Assembly (NCBI GenBank): GCA_002494645.1
Contig: DACE01000010.1
Location: 80,559-144,558 of the forward strand
Direction: 5' to 3'
DNA length: 64,000 bases
Origin: Euryarchaeota archaeon UBA256
GTDB lineage: Archaea > Thermoplasmatota > Poseidoniia > Poseidoniales > Poseidoniaceae
Shown: positions 19,637 through 28,952 of the stretch, piece by piece
Layout: each line of letters opens with the position of its first letter
Numbering within the stretch: the stretch's first letter is position 1
Position numbers and translations under genes: made by a program
Notes under the pieces: model-generated
Told to the model about the DNA's origin: nothing
The model's database searches: none
What the model saw: only the letters and a program-made list of their open reading frames with translations

Positions 19637-20092
19637 GTGAGAAAGGCGCGAGTAGGAGAGATGATGATGGACGACGAAATCATTGAATTCGTTATAGCTC
19701 AAGACCGTAAGTATTCTATGGAACATTTGTGGTTTCAACAGAAAGAACAGCGGCTCATGATTGGGGTTAGTGAATTTTTAAGAGTCGAAATTGGCGACAT
19801 TCTTCGTGTTATTTTGCCCCAGGCTGACACCGAAGTTGACGAAGGCGGTAGCTTGTTCTCGTTGTGGACTGCTGACGAAAAAATTGCACTAACATCTCCA
19901 TTTTCAGGCGTTATCTCGGATGTCAACGGTGAAGTTGAAATTAATCCTGACTTGGTCAACGACTCTGCCTACAACGACGGATGGGTCATTCTCCTTGCAC
20001 CTCATGAGTTGGAGATGAACCCCGATGACAAGCAATTCCTCGAAAATCTTCTCGATCACAACGAGTATGTGGAATATCTTGCCGAACTTTGA
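19637..20092 (+). CDS. gcvH: glycine-cleavage H-protein-like protein (lipoyl-lysine context apparently not conserved)
   Basis: Aligns with GcvH: KYSMEHLWF...IGVSEF...GDILRV.LP...SPFSGVISDVN...NDGWVILL. The ESVKA lipoylation motif is replaced by WTADEK. Confidence 0.55.
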   Translation: MRKARVGEMMMDDEIIEFVIAQDRKYSMEHLWFQQKEQRLMIGVSEFLRVEIGDILRVILPQADTEVDEGGSLFSLWTADEKIALTSPFSGVISDVNGEVEINPDLVNDSAYNDGWVILLAPHELEMNPDDKQFLENLLDHNEYVEYLAEL

Positions 20093-20227
20093 TTTTATCA
20101 ATTACTCTTGCTCGGCCACGACACTTGCCAATGGTCCGAGCGTAGCCTCAAAGCCAACGCTGATGTATCTTTGAGGAGGCTTCAATGCATCCTCAAGGCT
20201 GATTAACAACGACTTTTTCCTTAGGGT

Positions 20228-20803
20228 ATGACCGAAGCGATGAAGGAACTGCGTAAGAGCCTCGAGGCAGCGCCTGTTATTTGGAAAGGTGATTATCCTT
20301 ACTTCATTCATCCCGTTACCGATGGTGTGCCGAGGATGAACCCAGATGTGCTTCATGCAATCACTGAATTGGTATCACAACGAGTCGACTGGTCCGAAGT
20401 TGACTTGCTCCTTGGCATTGAGGCCATGGGGCTTCCTCTGACCGCGCCCTTGAGCATGGCGACCAGAATTCCGCTCGTCATTGCGCGAAAGCGCGAATAT
20501 GGTCTCGAGGGAGAAGTGAAAATTGACCAATCTACCGGCTACTCCAAGGGGGCCATGTATCTCAACAACATCAAGGAAGGAGAGAGAATTGCCATTCTTG
20601 ACGATGTGCTTTCAACAGGTGGAACGCTTGAAGCGGTAATTGAAGGCGTCCGGCGAGCAAAGGCAGAAGTCACCGAAGTCATTGCCGTTGTGGAAAAAGG
20701 ACCAGGCTTGAAGCGGCTGCAATTAATATACCCCGAAATTCGCATTCAGTCCCTCGTTCGTTTAGAGATGGACGGCGATAAAGTCGTTCTTCTGGATGAT
20801 TGA
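20228..20803 (+). CDS. hpt: archaeal-type hypoxanthine/guanine phosphoribosyltransferase
   Basis: Colinear with M. jannaschii-type Hpt: VIWKGDYPYFIHPVTDGVP, GIEAMG, RKREYGLEGEV, TGYSKG, DDVLSTGGT (PRPP-binding motif). Confidence 0.75.
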   Translation: MTEAMKELRKSLEAAPVIWKGDYPYFIHPVTDGVPRMNPDVLHAITELVSQRVDWSEVDLLLGIEAMGLPLTAPLSMATRIPLVIARKREYGLEGEVKIDQSTGYSKGAMYLNNIKEGERIAILDDVLSTGGTLEAVIEGVRRAKAEVTEVIAVVEKGPGLKRLQLIYPEIRIQSLVRLEMDGDKVVLLDD

Positions 20804-20847
20804 TGCTCCAACGGTTGCATTCATGAGGGAGTGGCGTCGCCCCTGTC

Positions 20848-21972
20848 ATGGGGAAGCATATGGATTTGAACCGCCACGACTTCGAACTCGACGAGTTGAT
20901 GGAGCGTATACGAGCGAATGATAACCGCCTTATTGCGCTTCAAGTTCCAGAAGGACTGAAGATGCAAGCCTTGGAAATGATGGACACGATTGAGACCGAG
21001 ACCAGTGCTCAAGTAGTCCTTGCGGCTGACCCTTGCTACGGTGCTTGCGATCTTGTCCACGATAAAATGCAACTCATGGGCGTTGAGATGGTTGCTCACA
21101 TGGGCCACTCTCAAATGAACATCGATTCTGGAATGCCAACTCAATTCATCAACGTCACCTACAACGGAGACCCTGAACTTCAACCGGTCATCCCCTGGCT
21201 TGAACAGCATCGAGCCATGGCCCAACAACGCCTTTCACAACAACACAGCCCTGACTCAACCATGACAGAAGAAGAGGCACAGGAACGCTTCATGGATGCT
21301 GTAGGCCGTATGGCTCCGTTGACCGATACCAAGCTTGGCTTGGTTGGTTCCATCCAACATCTCCACCTGCTTCCCGAATTCCACGACCGTTTGGAAAAGG
21401 CTGGCTATGATGTCACTATCCCGATTGGAGGCGCTCGCCTTTCATTCCCCGGTCAAGTCCTCGGCTGCAATTACTCTGGCGACGACCCGAGCATCGGCCA
21501 CTATCTCTTCCTCGGCAGCGGTGATTTCCATCCGATTGGACTCGTCCTCCACACAGGCAAGCCCTTGGCCATGCTGGACCCTTACACAGGAGACGCTGAA
21601 GAGATGTCACTCGAACGCATCGAGCGTATCTTACGCCAACGCTTCGGCCTCATCATGAGCGTTCAAGATGCGAATTCATTCGGCATCCTTATCGGCGAAA
21701 AGCCCGGTCAAATGCGTAGAACGCTGGCGTTGCGGATGAAGCGAATGTTGGCTCAACACGGTAAGAAAGGATATTTGTTGGCACTCGAACACGTTGGACC
21801 TGAACTCATTGACTTCTATCCCGTGGATGCCTTCGTGAACACCGCTTGCCCGCGTATTGCGATTGATGACGCAGTCAGGTATCGTAAACCTCTGATCACG
21901 CCCTTTGAACTTGAGGTCGCTTTGGGCGAGAAAAAATGGGAATTGGGCTATCAATTCGATGAAATCCCGTGA
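20848..21972 (+). CDS. dph2: diphthamide biosynthesis protein Dph2 (2-(3-amino-3-carboxypropyl)histidine synthase)
   Basis: FELDELMERIRANDNRLIALQVPEGLKMQALEM...AADPCYGACDL matches Dph2 signature blocks. Confidence 0.75.
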   Translation: MGKHMDLNRHDFELDELMERIRANDNRLIALQVPEGLKMQALEMMDTIETETSAQVVLAADPCYGACDLVHDKMQLMGVEMVAHMGHSQMNIDSGMPTQFINVTYNGDPELQPVIPWLEQHRAMAQQRLSQQHSPDSTMTEEEAQERFMDAVGRMAPLTDTKLGLVGSIQHLHLLPEFHDRLEKAGYDVTIPIGGARLSFPGQVLGCNYSGDDPSIGHYLFLGSGDFHPIGLVLHTGKPLAMLDPYTGDAEEMSLERIERILRQRFGLIMSVQDANSFGILIGEKPGQMRRTLALRMKRMLAQHGKKGYLLALEHVGPELIDFYPVDAFVNTACPRIAIDDAVRYRKPLITPFELEVALGEKKWELGYQFDEIP

Positions 21973-22062
21973 CTTGGTCTTGATTGAACTTCACAAATCA
22001 GACCTTTGAACGTTCATGTGAACCACATCTTTTAGAACGGTTGACATCAGCATTCTCATGAT

Positions 22063-23265
22063 ATGGCATCCTATCTTGACCGCATTGGAGCGGGGTTCAT
22101 CATTGCTCATCCAGAATTTTTGGATTACGACCACGTCCCTGAGGAATTGGTGGGTCGTGAGCAAGTTCAATCCGAACTGGCTTCAAAATTCTCTGCTTTA
22201 GCGTCCCCCCAGGGCGCTGCCAGAGCCGTCATTACCGGACCTGTGGGGAGTGGAAAAACCGTTCTTGCCAAAACATTCTGTCGTGACCTTCAGCGCCATC
22301 TGTCGGGAAAACGCGAACTCAAAGTAGCCCACATCAATTGCCGTAATGCATCAACAAGCATGCGTGTCGCCCAACGCATACTGCACCAATTTGACCCCGG
22401 CCACCCAGATCGTGGGCTTTCCATGGGTGAGTTGCTTCTCAGCCTGAGGAAAATGCTGCGAAGAACATCAACGCACCTGGTCATCGTTCTCGACGAAGTG
22501 GACCACATGTTACGGCGGTCTGGAGATGAATTGCTCTATCAATTACTTCGCATCGATGAGGACCAAGAAGGAACCGGGAGCGTTTCCATCATCCTCATCA
22601 GCCAAGAACAAGTCCTTGACGTCCTCGAAACTGCAGTACTCTCAAAATTTGGCCAATCCAACCATCTCCGAATTCCATCCTACGATGTCAACGGGCTTGA
22701 GGCCATTATACGCCAACGAGCGGAACTCGCCCTCGTGCCGGGCACATGGACCGATGCCATACTCCGGCTCCTGGCCGAAAAAGCCGGGCCAAGTGGTGAC
22801 GCGCGACAGGGCATTGAATTCCTCGCCAGCGCTGCAGAGCGCTCTGAATTCCGACAAGACGGCCACAGCCTAAGAGAGATCAGCATCGATGATATCAACG
22901 CCCTGAACGACGTGCTCGCTACAGACACGCATTCAAAATTAGAGGTCGTAGACGATTTATCCCCTCACGAAATGCTGGCGCTCTTGGCGATGTGTCGAAG
23001 ACTCAAGACGGAAGAGACCATGACGATGGGAGACGTAGAGAAACTCTACACCGTGGTCTGCGAGGAATATGAGCAGCGACCGAAGAGCCACACAACGCTA
23101 TGGAAATACATCAAAGCAATCGAAGTGCAAGGTGTGATTGAATCACGCGTGGCGACCGTCCCTGGAGGCCGTGGCCGTACAACGCACATGAGCATGCCAC
23201 ATTTCCTCCCAGCAGACCTTGCAAGTCGTCTTGAATTGCTTCTTCCAAAGCGATTACGCCGCTGA
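22063..23265 (+). CDS. orc1: Orc1/Cdc6 replication initiator
   Basis: LVGREQ...VITGPVGSGKTVLAK (Walker A), VIVLDEVDHM (Walker B), a C-terminal winged helix; 400 aa. Confidence 0.8.
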   Translation: MASYLDRIGAGFIIAHPEFLDYDHVPEELVGREQVQSELASKFSALASPQGAARAVITGPVGSGKTVLAKTFCRDLQRHLSGKRELKVAHINCRNASTSMRVAQRILHQFDPGHPDRGLSMGELLLSLRKMLRRTSTHLVIVLDEVDHMLRRSGDELLYQLLRIDEDQEGTGSVSIILISQEQVLDVLETAVLSKFGQSNHLRIPSYDVNGLEAIIRQRAELALVPGTWTDAILRLLAEKAGPSGDARQGIEFLASAAERSEFRQDGHSLREISIDDINALNDVLATDTHSKLEVVDDLSPHEMLALLAMCRRLKTEETMTMGDVEKLYTVVCEEYEQRPKSHTTLWKYIKAIEVQGVIESRVATVPGGRGRTTHMSMPHFLPADLASRLELLLPKRLRR

Positions 23266-23335
23266 ATAAGACACCGAAGCAGACGATGGGGCTAAATACG
23301 GGTCGTGAGTCGGAGAAATCCCGAGAGGTGCTACT

Positions 23336-23824
23336 ATGGCTGGTAACGATGCTGAATTTATTGCAGTGGTCAATGATACGGACCCGAAGAACGGCGGAAA
23401 ATCCTACGCTTTGAAAATCACAGGAAACAACCATGCTCAAATTTTGGGCAAGCGCATCGGCGATGTTGTTGACGGTATCTTCGTTGGCGAGGGAGACAAG
23501 ACGCTCTCTGGATACAAATTGGAGATTACTGGTGGATCTGATAAAACTGGAACCCCACTTCGACGAGACCTTGATGGTGGCTCACGCCAATCCATTCTCG
23601 TCACCCAATCAACGGGTTACAAGGGTCAAGTGGTCGTCCACAAGAAAAAGGGCGGCGACAAGAAGCGATTCCGCTACAAGCCAGACGGTCTTCGTCGACG
23701 ACGAAACTTCCGTGGTAACACCATTACTCAAGACACCCGACAAATCAACCTGAAAGTTGTTGAGTCCGGGAAGAAAACCCTCAATGCCATCCTCGCTGCA
23801 GAAGCTGAGGAAGCATCGGAGTGA
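23336..23824 (+). CDS. rps6e: 30S ribosomal protein S6e
   Basis: ILGKRIGDVVDG...LSGYKLEITGGSDKTGTPLRRDL...RFRYKPDG is the eS6 signature. Confidence 0.8.
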   Translation: MAGNDAEFIAVVNDTDPKNGGKSYALKITGNNHAQILGKRIGDVVDGIFVGEGDKTLSGYKLEITGGSDKTGTPLRRDLDGGSRQSILVTQSTGYKGQVVVHKKKGGDKKRFRYKPDGLRRRRNFRGNTITQDTRQINLKVVESGKKTLNAILAAEAEEASE

Positions 23825-23854
23825 ACTCGAGAGGGCTTTCGTAGACAATGAGGA

Positions 23855-25102
23855 GTGGGGAGCATGGCACGAGAGCTTCCCGCACAACCCGAGGTCAACA
23901 TCGGCCTTGTGGGTCACGTTGACCACGGTAAAACCACACTTACTCAAGCGCTTTCGGGTGTTTGGACCGATACGCATTCTGAAGAACGCAAGCGCGGAAT
24001 CTCAATCAAACTCGGCTATGCTGACACGGCCTTCTACAAGGACGATAAGGACCAATACTACGCTACAGGAAAGAGACCCGACGGAAGCGAAGACGTCCCC
24101 AAAGAACTGCAACGGGTCGTTTCATTCGTTGACGCTCCCGGCCACGAGACCTTGATGGCTATTATGATCACAGGGGCTTCAATCATGGACGGAGCCATGC
24201 TGATGGTTGCTGCCAACGAAACATGCCCTCAACCTCAAACACGTGAACACTTGATGGCGTTGGAAATGGCCAACATCGAGAACATCGTCATCGTTCAAAA
24301 CAAAATTGACCTCGTTTCCCGTGAGCGGGCCCTTGAGTCCCACAAAGAAATCAAAGAATTCCTCAAGGGAACAATTGCTGAAAAGGCCCCAATTATTCCA
24401 GTATCGGCCCACCATGACGTCAATCTCGACATCTTGATTCAAGCCATAGAGGCAACCATTCCCACTCCCGACCGCTCTAAAGACAAGCGTTCAATTATGC
24501 ACGTAGCCCGTTCATTTGACATCAACCGACCCGGCACTCGCCCTGCCAAGTTGAAGGGAGGCGTCATCGGTGGCAGTATCGTCGAAGGCGAATTCAAAGA
24601 AGGTGACGAAGTGATCATTGGGCCTGGTCGAAAAATCGAGAAAGGAAATAAATCAACGTGGGAGCCAATTCATGCCGTTGTCAGCAGCATGCAAGGAGGC
24701 GGGCGTAATCTCGATGCCATGCATGCAGGGGGCTTGTGTGGTATGGCAACCTTCCTTGACCCGTCCATCACCACCTCCGACAATCTTTCGGGACAAGTCG
24801 TTGCTCGCAAAGGACAGCTTCCTGAAATCCACTCATCTGTAAGCGTCAGTGTCAATTTGATGTCACACATGGTTTCTGGTGACGGAGAAGCACCTGAGAA
24901 AATACAACCGCTGCGCAATAACGAGATGCTCATGCTCAACGTTGCTACGGCAACTTCTGTTGGTGTTACCCGAAGCGCAGAGAAAAACCGCACCAATTTG
25001 GACCTACGATTACCAATCTGTGCCGATAAGGGACAGCGCATCTCACTCTCACGACGCATCGGTTCACGCTGGCGACTTATCGGCTACGGAACGATTGAGT
25101 GA
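23855..25102 (+). CDS. eif2g: translation initiation factor aIF2 gamma subunit
   Basis: INIGLVGHVDHGKTTLTQALSG...RGISIKLGYA, a zinc-knuckle region and domains II/III; 415 aa. Confidence 0.9.
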   Translation: MGSMARELPAQPEVNIGLVGHVDHGKTTLTQALSGVWTDTHSEERKRGISIKLGYADTAFYKDDKDQYYATGKRPDGSEDVPKELQRVVSFVDAPGHETLMAIMITGASIMDGAMLMVAANETCPQPQTREHLMALEMANIENIVIVQNKIDLVSRERALESHKEIKEFLKGTIAEKAPIIPVSAHHDVNLDILIQAIEATIPTPDRSKDKRSIMHVARSFDINRPGTRPAKLKGGVIGGSIVEGEFKEGDEVIIGPGRKIEKGNKSTWEPIHAVVSSMQGGGRNLDAMHAGGLCGMATFLDPSITTSDNLSGQVVARKGQLPEIHSSVSVSVNLMSHMVSGDGEAPEKIQPLRNNEMLMLNVATATSVGVTRSAEKNRTNLDLRLPICADKGQRISLSRRIGSRWRLIGYGTIE

Positions 25103-25112
25103 GGCTAGAGAC

Positions 25113-25490
25113 ATGCAACCCGTTCTCATTGATGCATGTGGATGGGCTGCATGCATTGATGCTCAATTGAACATCCAACACGAGATGGAATCCTTGCTTG
25201 GGCCCTGCGAGTGGCTTCTGATTCCGAAGGTGCTTGAGGAACTTGTGGAACTGGAGCGTCAACGCCCTGCGGGAAAGGGGTTACTCCTCGACCTCTTGCA
25301 ATCAAAATCAACGTTGGTGGGAACGGAACACATCGGGCATACTGACGATCTCCTCTTGGAATTCGCTCAACATTACCAAGCCGCTACCCTCACGGTTGAT
25401 ACCGAACTTAAGCGACGGCTTTTCGAGGCCAACCTTCGTGTCATCGAAGTCAAGCAAAGCAAGTATCTTCACCTTGTTGACTTGCTATAG
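25113..25490 (+). CDS. PIN-domain protein (conserved archaeal neighbour of aIF2-gamma)
   Basis: ORF trimmed to the ATG at 25113, just after the eIF2g stop. MQPVLIDACGW... with acidic residues is consistent with a PIN fold. The rps6e-eIF2g-PIN order is a common archaeal arrangement. Confidence 0.5.
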   Translation: MQPVLIDACGWAACIDAQLNIQHEMESLLGPCEWLLIPKVLEELVELERQRPAGKGLLLDLLQSKSTLVGTEHIGHTDDLLLEFAQHYQAATLTVDTELKRRLFEANLRVIEVKQSKYLHLVDLL

Positions 25491-25495
25491 AAGCG

Positions 25496-25795
25496 TCAAG
25501 GAAGCGTGAAGAGGACGTCGTCCCCATGACCGTCAAGCCATCCAATTTTAACGCCAGCATCAATCCATGCATGGGCATAATTGATGGCTCCAAAGGCGCG
25601 AACAAGGTCTCCCTGCGCAGCGAAGTGCTGAGCGTCGGAGGCATAATCGTCGGCCATCCTGAGCATGATGGCCAATTTTTGACCCTCATCTGATGAAGAG
25701 GGCACCAGTGATGTTGCCTTGTTGCGTGCCCGCTTGGTGATATCGAGGTACTTTTCTACGCGTTCAAGAGTAATGTGGTCCAATGATTCGCTCAT
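25496..25795 (-). CDS. small conserved hypothetical protein (99 aa), last gene of the AAA+/beta-propeller operon
   Basis: Its start overlaps the stop of the upstream gene by 4 nt (25792-25795); no recognisable motif. Confidence 0.4.
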   Translation of the reverse strand: MSESLDHITLERVEKYLDITKRARNKATSLVPSSSDEGQKLAIMLRMADDYASDAQHFAAQGDLVRAFGAINYAHAWIDAGVKIGWLDGHGDDVLFTLP

Positions 25796-26844
25796 TCACC
25801 CCCCTCCTTTTGTCGCGTAAGGAGGCGGCGAGCATCTTCACTTCTTCCAAGTGCCTCATACAATTCGATGGCGAGCGATAATTTCCCGAGATCCTCGGCT
25901 TCTTGAGCACGAAGGAACATTTGACGACGCTCTTCCCAATTTCTTGCCATAGCCGCTTCTGCAACGGCTTTGTATCGGCCTTCACGTTCTGCCTCTGCAA
26001 GATGAGGGGCAGTCCAACGACGAACCAGCCCGTCACGAGTTCCTGTTGCCATGGCGTCAGGCGTGCACAGTACCAGCAGATCACCGAGATTCATGCTTTG
26101 AGTGAGTGGGATTTCAGAGACTTCACCAGAATCAACTGTGCTCAATGGATGAAGATGTCCTTCTATCCCCAACACCCACCAACCGTCACCTGTTCGAACG
26201 GCGTCCATCGGTTCAAGTGAGGTGGCTTCCAAGCGTTCGAGGTGGTCCCACCCAAAGGGATGAGGCACACCTTCCCACAGACCTCCATCGCCGCTCTGGA
26301 GGAGCAAGCGTCCGTCTTTGAGTTGAGAACACCAACTCCACGCGCGGTCTTCCAACTTTCGCTTTTTGTCATCTCCAGTGATTCTGCCACACCAAAGGAC
26401 TCCATCTGTATCTTGCCAAAGCAGGTGTTCCCGGTCGAGCCAGCCAACCAAACGACGAATCGGTCCAGTCTCAACGCGACGAATACCTCGTCCTTCTTGA
26501 GAAAAGAGATGCAATTGCCCGCGGCGACCAGCAAGAATCCATCCCCCTCCGGGGCGATGAGCAAGGTCACTAAAACCACCCGGTGCACTCCGCCCTTCGT
26601 GGACCATAGCGCCTGTTGAGCTGTTCATCAGATAGAAACCATGAGCGGCAAGCAGTCCGATCGTCCCTCCAGAGGCAGCAGCTGCATGGACCTTGAAAGG
26701 TACATCGACACGCCAGCGAATCTTTCCATCCGATTCCAGGAGTGTCAAGTTCAATCCTGCACTTACTAGAACGCCGCCTTCAGCAGCTGCCATCGCAGCA
26801 ATTCTGGCGTCAGCCTGCCATGACCAAGCAACATTCCATGGCAT
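25792..26844 (-). CDS. beta-propeller-like repeat protein with a C-terminal helical (TPR-like) tail
   Basis: Repeated G-x-L/W...DG...W units suggest PQQ/WD-like blades. Its start is adjacent to the stop of the upstream AAA+ gene. Confidence 0.4.
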   Translation of the reverse strand: MPWNVAWSWQADARIAAMAAAEGGVLVSAGLNLTLLESDGKIRWRVDVPFKVHAAAASGGTIGLLAAHGFYLMNSSTGAMVHEGRSAPGGFSDLAHRPGGGWILAGRRGQLHLFSQEGRGIRRVETGPIRRLVGWLDREHLLWQDTDGVLWCGRITGDDKKRKLEDRAWSWCSQLKDGRLLLQSGDGGLWEGVPHPFGWDHLERLEATSLEPMDAVRTGDGWWVLGIEGHLHPLSTVDSGEVSEIPLTQSMNLGDLLVLCTPDAMATGTRDGLVRRWTAPHLAEAEREGRYKAVAEAAMARNWEERRQMFLRAQEAEDLGKLSLAIELYEALGRSEDARRLLTRQKEGGE

Positions 26845-28712
26845 TAGACTCCACCTCCATTGAGGCCGCCCCAGGCAATTAATTGGGCTCGTGCTGATTG
26901 AGTAAGTTGATAGTTGCGTGAGCGACCAACCTGCCGCGCCTGTAAGATTCCGTGTTTGAGGAGGCGATTGCTAATTTGAGAGAGGCGGGCTCTTTTGACC
27001 CCGAGATGGTTGAGCATTTCACCATCGGAAGGAGAAAATGGTCGGGAATGTGCCACGCTAACAACATAAGCATCCCTCATGTTCAAAGAACTCAACTGAT
27101 TTTTATTCAAAGGATAGGCTTCCTTAGAGCCCATGGATATCTTTTGACGCGATTTGAAGAATTCCATGATTGAGGAATTCAGGCTTGTCCCATTGAAGCC
27201 TCCTGTTTGTTCTAGATTGGAGGCGATATGAGCAAGGAGATGGAACAGGTCTTTTTCGGCGCCAATTTGTTCTAGAGTGTCATTAGTAGATGGCCTTAGG
27301 GCGGGTTCTGCTTCTGGTTCATCATCTTCAAACATTGGTTCAGGAATAAATTCGACCTCATCAACAAGCCCAATCTCGTCGTGGATCAATTCTGCACCGT
27401 TAACATCCTCGATTTCATCCTCGGGCAGTTCTGGAGTTTCGATGGCCACCCAATACTGGTTCCCTTTTTCACTGACGACCGAATGTTGTACGTTTTCTTC
27501 AAAATCAGGGTTTTCTTCTTCCTCTGTTATTTTCTTCTGATTTGCTTTATTTCGTCGGGCTAATCCCCCAAATGGCCCTTTTGGAATGGGCGCTCCGCCC
27601 CCATTCTCTGGGGCAGAAGCGTCGATGATAGGGGTCGTGAATGGCGTGGATTGCAAAGGCTCATCAGATTCCTTTGCCTGAGCCAATCCGCCCATATCTA
27701 AGTCAAAAAGGGAGGCGAATACGCTTGAATCTTCTTCAATCGCTTGGCCTCGTTCGGTCCACGGCAGCGATGCGTCAATAATATCGGTGTTGAATGCAGG
27801 AGGGTTTTCATTCCCCGCATCTGAACTGGGACTCAGTACATCCTCGGGGCTTGTGGGCGAATCGGCAAGTTCAATTTTTTCGCCATCGGTTTGCATCAAT
27901 TGGTCCAGAGTGCTGGGCCCGTCACGAGGGAGTAATTTTGCTGATGTGTCTACTTCCGAATGAAGAAGGCCAGCCCCCTCATCCATACGAAGAGCGTCAA
28001 CTACGTTACGTAATGCAGTGATGATGGCCGCAGGGTATCCATCGCCTAATTCGAGCAGTTCGGTAGCGTCTCGGAGGGTGAAATCACTCTCATTGACGCC
28101 TAGAGAGCGTAGACGTTGCTCGACAAGGGATACAACATCAGATGGTGTGAAAGGATGCAATGGCAATCGCTCGTAGGTGTCGACTACGCCTTGAGGGAGT
28201 TGATGGCGTTCCCGAGCATCGCATACCAAGATGACAATCGCTTTGAGGCGCTCAATGCTTGATTGTGCATCACGAAGAGCGACTTTGAGGATTGATAGGT
28301 CACTTGCAGGCACATCGATAACGATCATGGGGAGTTTGCTGCTGAAACCATACATCTCAGCGACCAATTGATTCACAAGTTCAACACGCCCAGACGGGGC
28401 CTCGACCCCCAATAACTGCTTGTAAATCATGTCCAAGAGGGCTTTTGCAGGGTTGATGGCCGGAAGATGCTCGATGGACGCATACGCACCTGCATAGGGC
28501 TTCAGGCAGCGGACCAGCGAGGTGCGGCCCGACCCGAGTGGCCCCGTGAGCATGATGCGTCGTGCAGAGCCAAGTCTCAGGTAATTTTTGAGGCGGTTGA
28601 AGACTTCATCACGGCCGACCATCTTTCCAAGTTCCCCTGGCTCCAAGGGACGAATGGAAAATGGATTCTCATTGAGAAGAGGGAGGCCGTAAGCGTAGCT
28701 TTGCTTAACCAT
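26844..28712 (-). CDS. Orc1/Cdc6-like AAA+ protein with Walker-A Lys->Arg substitution, a long acidic linker and a C-terminal winged-helix domain
   Basis: N-terminus NPFSIRPLEPGE...MVGRDEVFNRLKNYL...IMLTGPLGSGRTSLV, where the P-loop is GxxGSGRTS and not GK[ST]. Walker B-like MIVIDV. About 200 aa of D/E-rich low-complexity linker. C-terminal HTH ...LNHLGVKRARLSQISNRLLKHGILQARQVGRSRNYQLT. Confidence 0.6.
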   Translation of the reverse strand: MVKQSYAYGLPLLNENPFSIRPLEPGELGKMVGRDEVFNRLKNYLRLGSARRIMLTGPLGSGRTSLVRCLKPYAGAYASIEHLPAINPAKALLDMIYKQLLGVEAPSGRVELVNQLVAEMYGFSSKLPMIVIDVPASDLSILKVALRDAQSSIERLKAIVILVCDARERHQLPQGVVDTYERLPLHPFTPSDVVSLVEQRLRSLGVNESDFTLRDATELLELGDGYPAAIITALRNVVDALRMDEGAGLLHSEVDTSAKLLPRDGPSTLDQLMQTDGEKIELADSPTSPEDVLSPSSDAGNENPPAFNTDIIDASLPWTERGQAIEEDSSVFASLFDLDMGGLAQAKESDEPLQSTPFTTPIIDASAPENGGGAPIPKGPFGGLARRNKANQKKITEEEENPDFEENVQHSVVSEKGNQYWVAIETPELPEDEIEDVNGAELIHDEIGLVDEVEFIPEPMFEDDEPEAEPALRPSTNDTLEQIGAEKDLFHLLAHIASNLEQTGGFNGTSLNSSIMEFFKSRQKISMGSKEAYPLNKNQLSSLNMRDAYVVSVAHSRPFSPSDGEMLNHLGVKRARLSQISNRLLKHGILQARQVGRSRNYQLTQSARAQLIAWGGLNGGGV

Positions 28713-28730
28713 GGCCGAGCAACTGAACCC

Positions 28731-28880
28731 TAGTATATCATCTTTGAGCAGATGTGGGGGGTGCGCAAAGGCGTTAACTTATGTTAATCAATTAGCCAAG
28801 CGTCGATGCACCCTTGGATTAACAGATGATTAACGCATTATTAACGCGTTAGTAAAAGCGTTAGAAGCGTTAATTCGGCA
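28731..28880. promoter_or_regulatory. divergent promoter region with a TATA-like box and ~6 direct/inverted GCGTTAA half-sites (operator-like array)
   Basis: TAGTATATCA at 28731-28740. GCGTTAAC (28771), GTTAAT (28783), ATTAACA (28818), ATTAACGC (28829), the perfect palindrome TAACGCGTTA (28842-28851), GCGTTAG (28858), GCGTTAAT (28867). Confidence 0.5.
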
Positions 28881-28952
28881 CCTTTGAATTGAGATGAGGC
28901 AGGCGATTGATTCAAGGAACGGTTCGGCCACCCATGGCATGAGGAATCACCT

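Noticed and set aside
20102-20356. 84 aa minus ORF
   Set aside because: Overlaps the N-terminus of hpt, which has strong homology support.
21973-23335. Replication origin adjacent to orc1
   Set aside because: Flanking spacers are only 70-90 bp and not AT-rich, with no ORB-type repeat array. Only a short palindrome is reported, as a low-interest finding.
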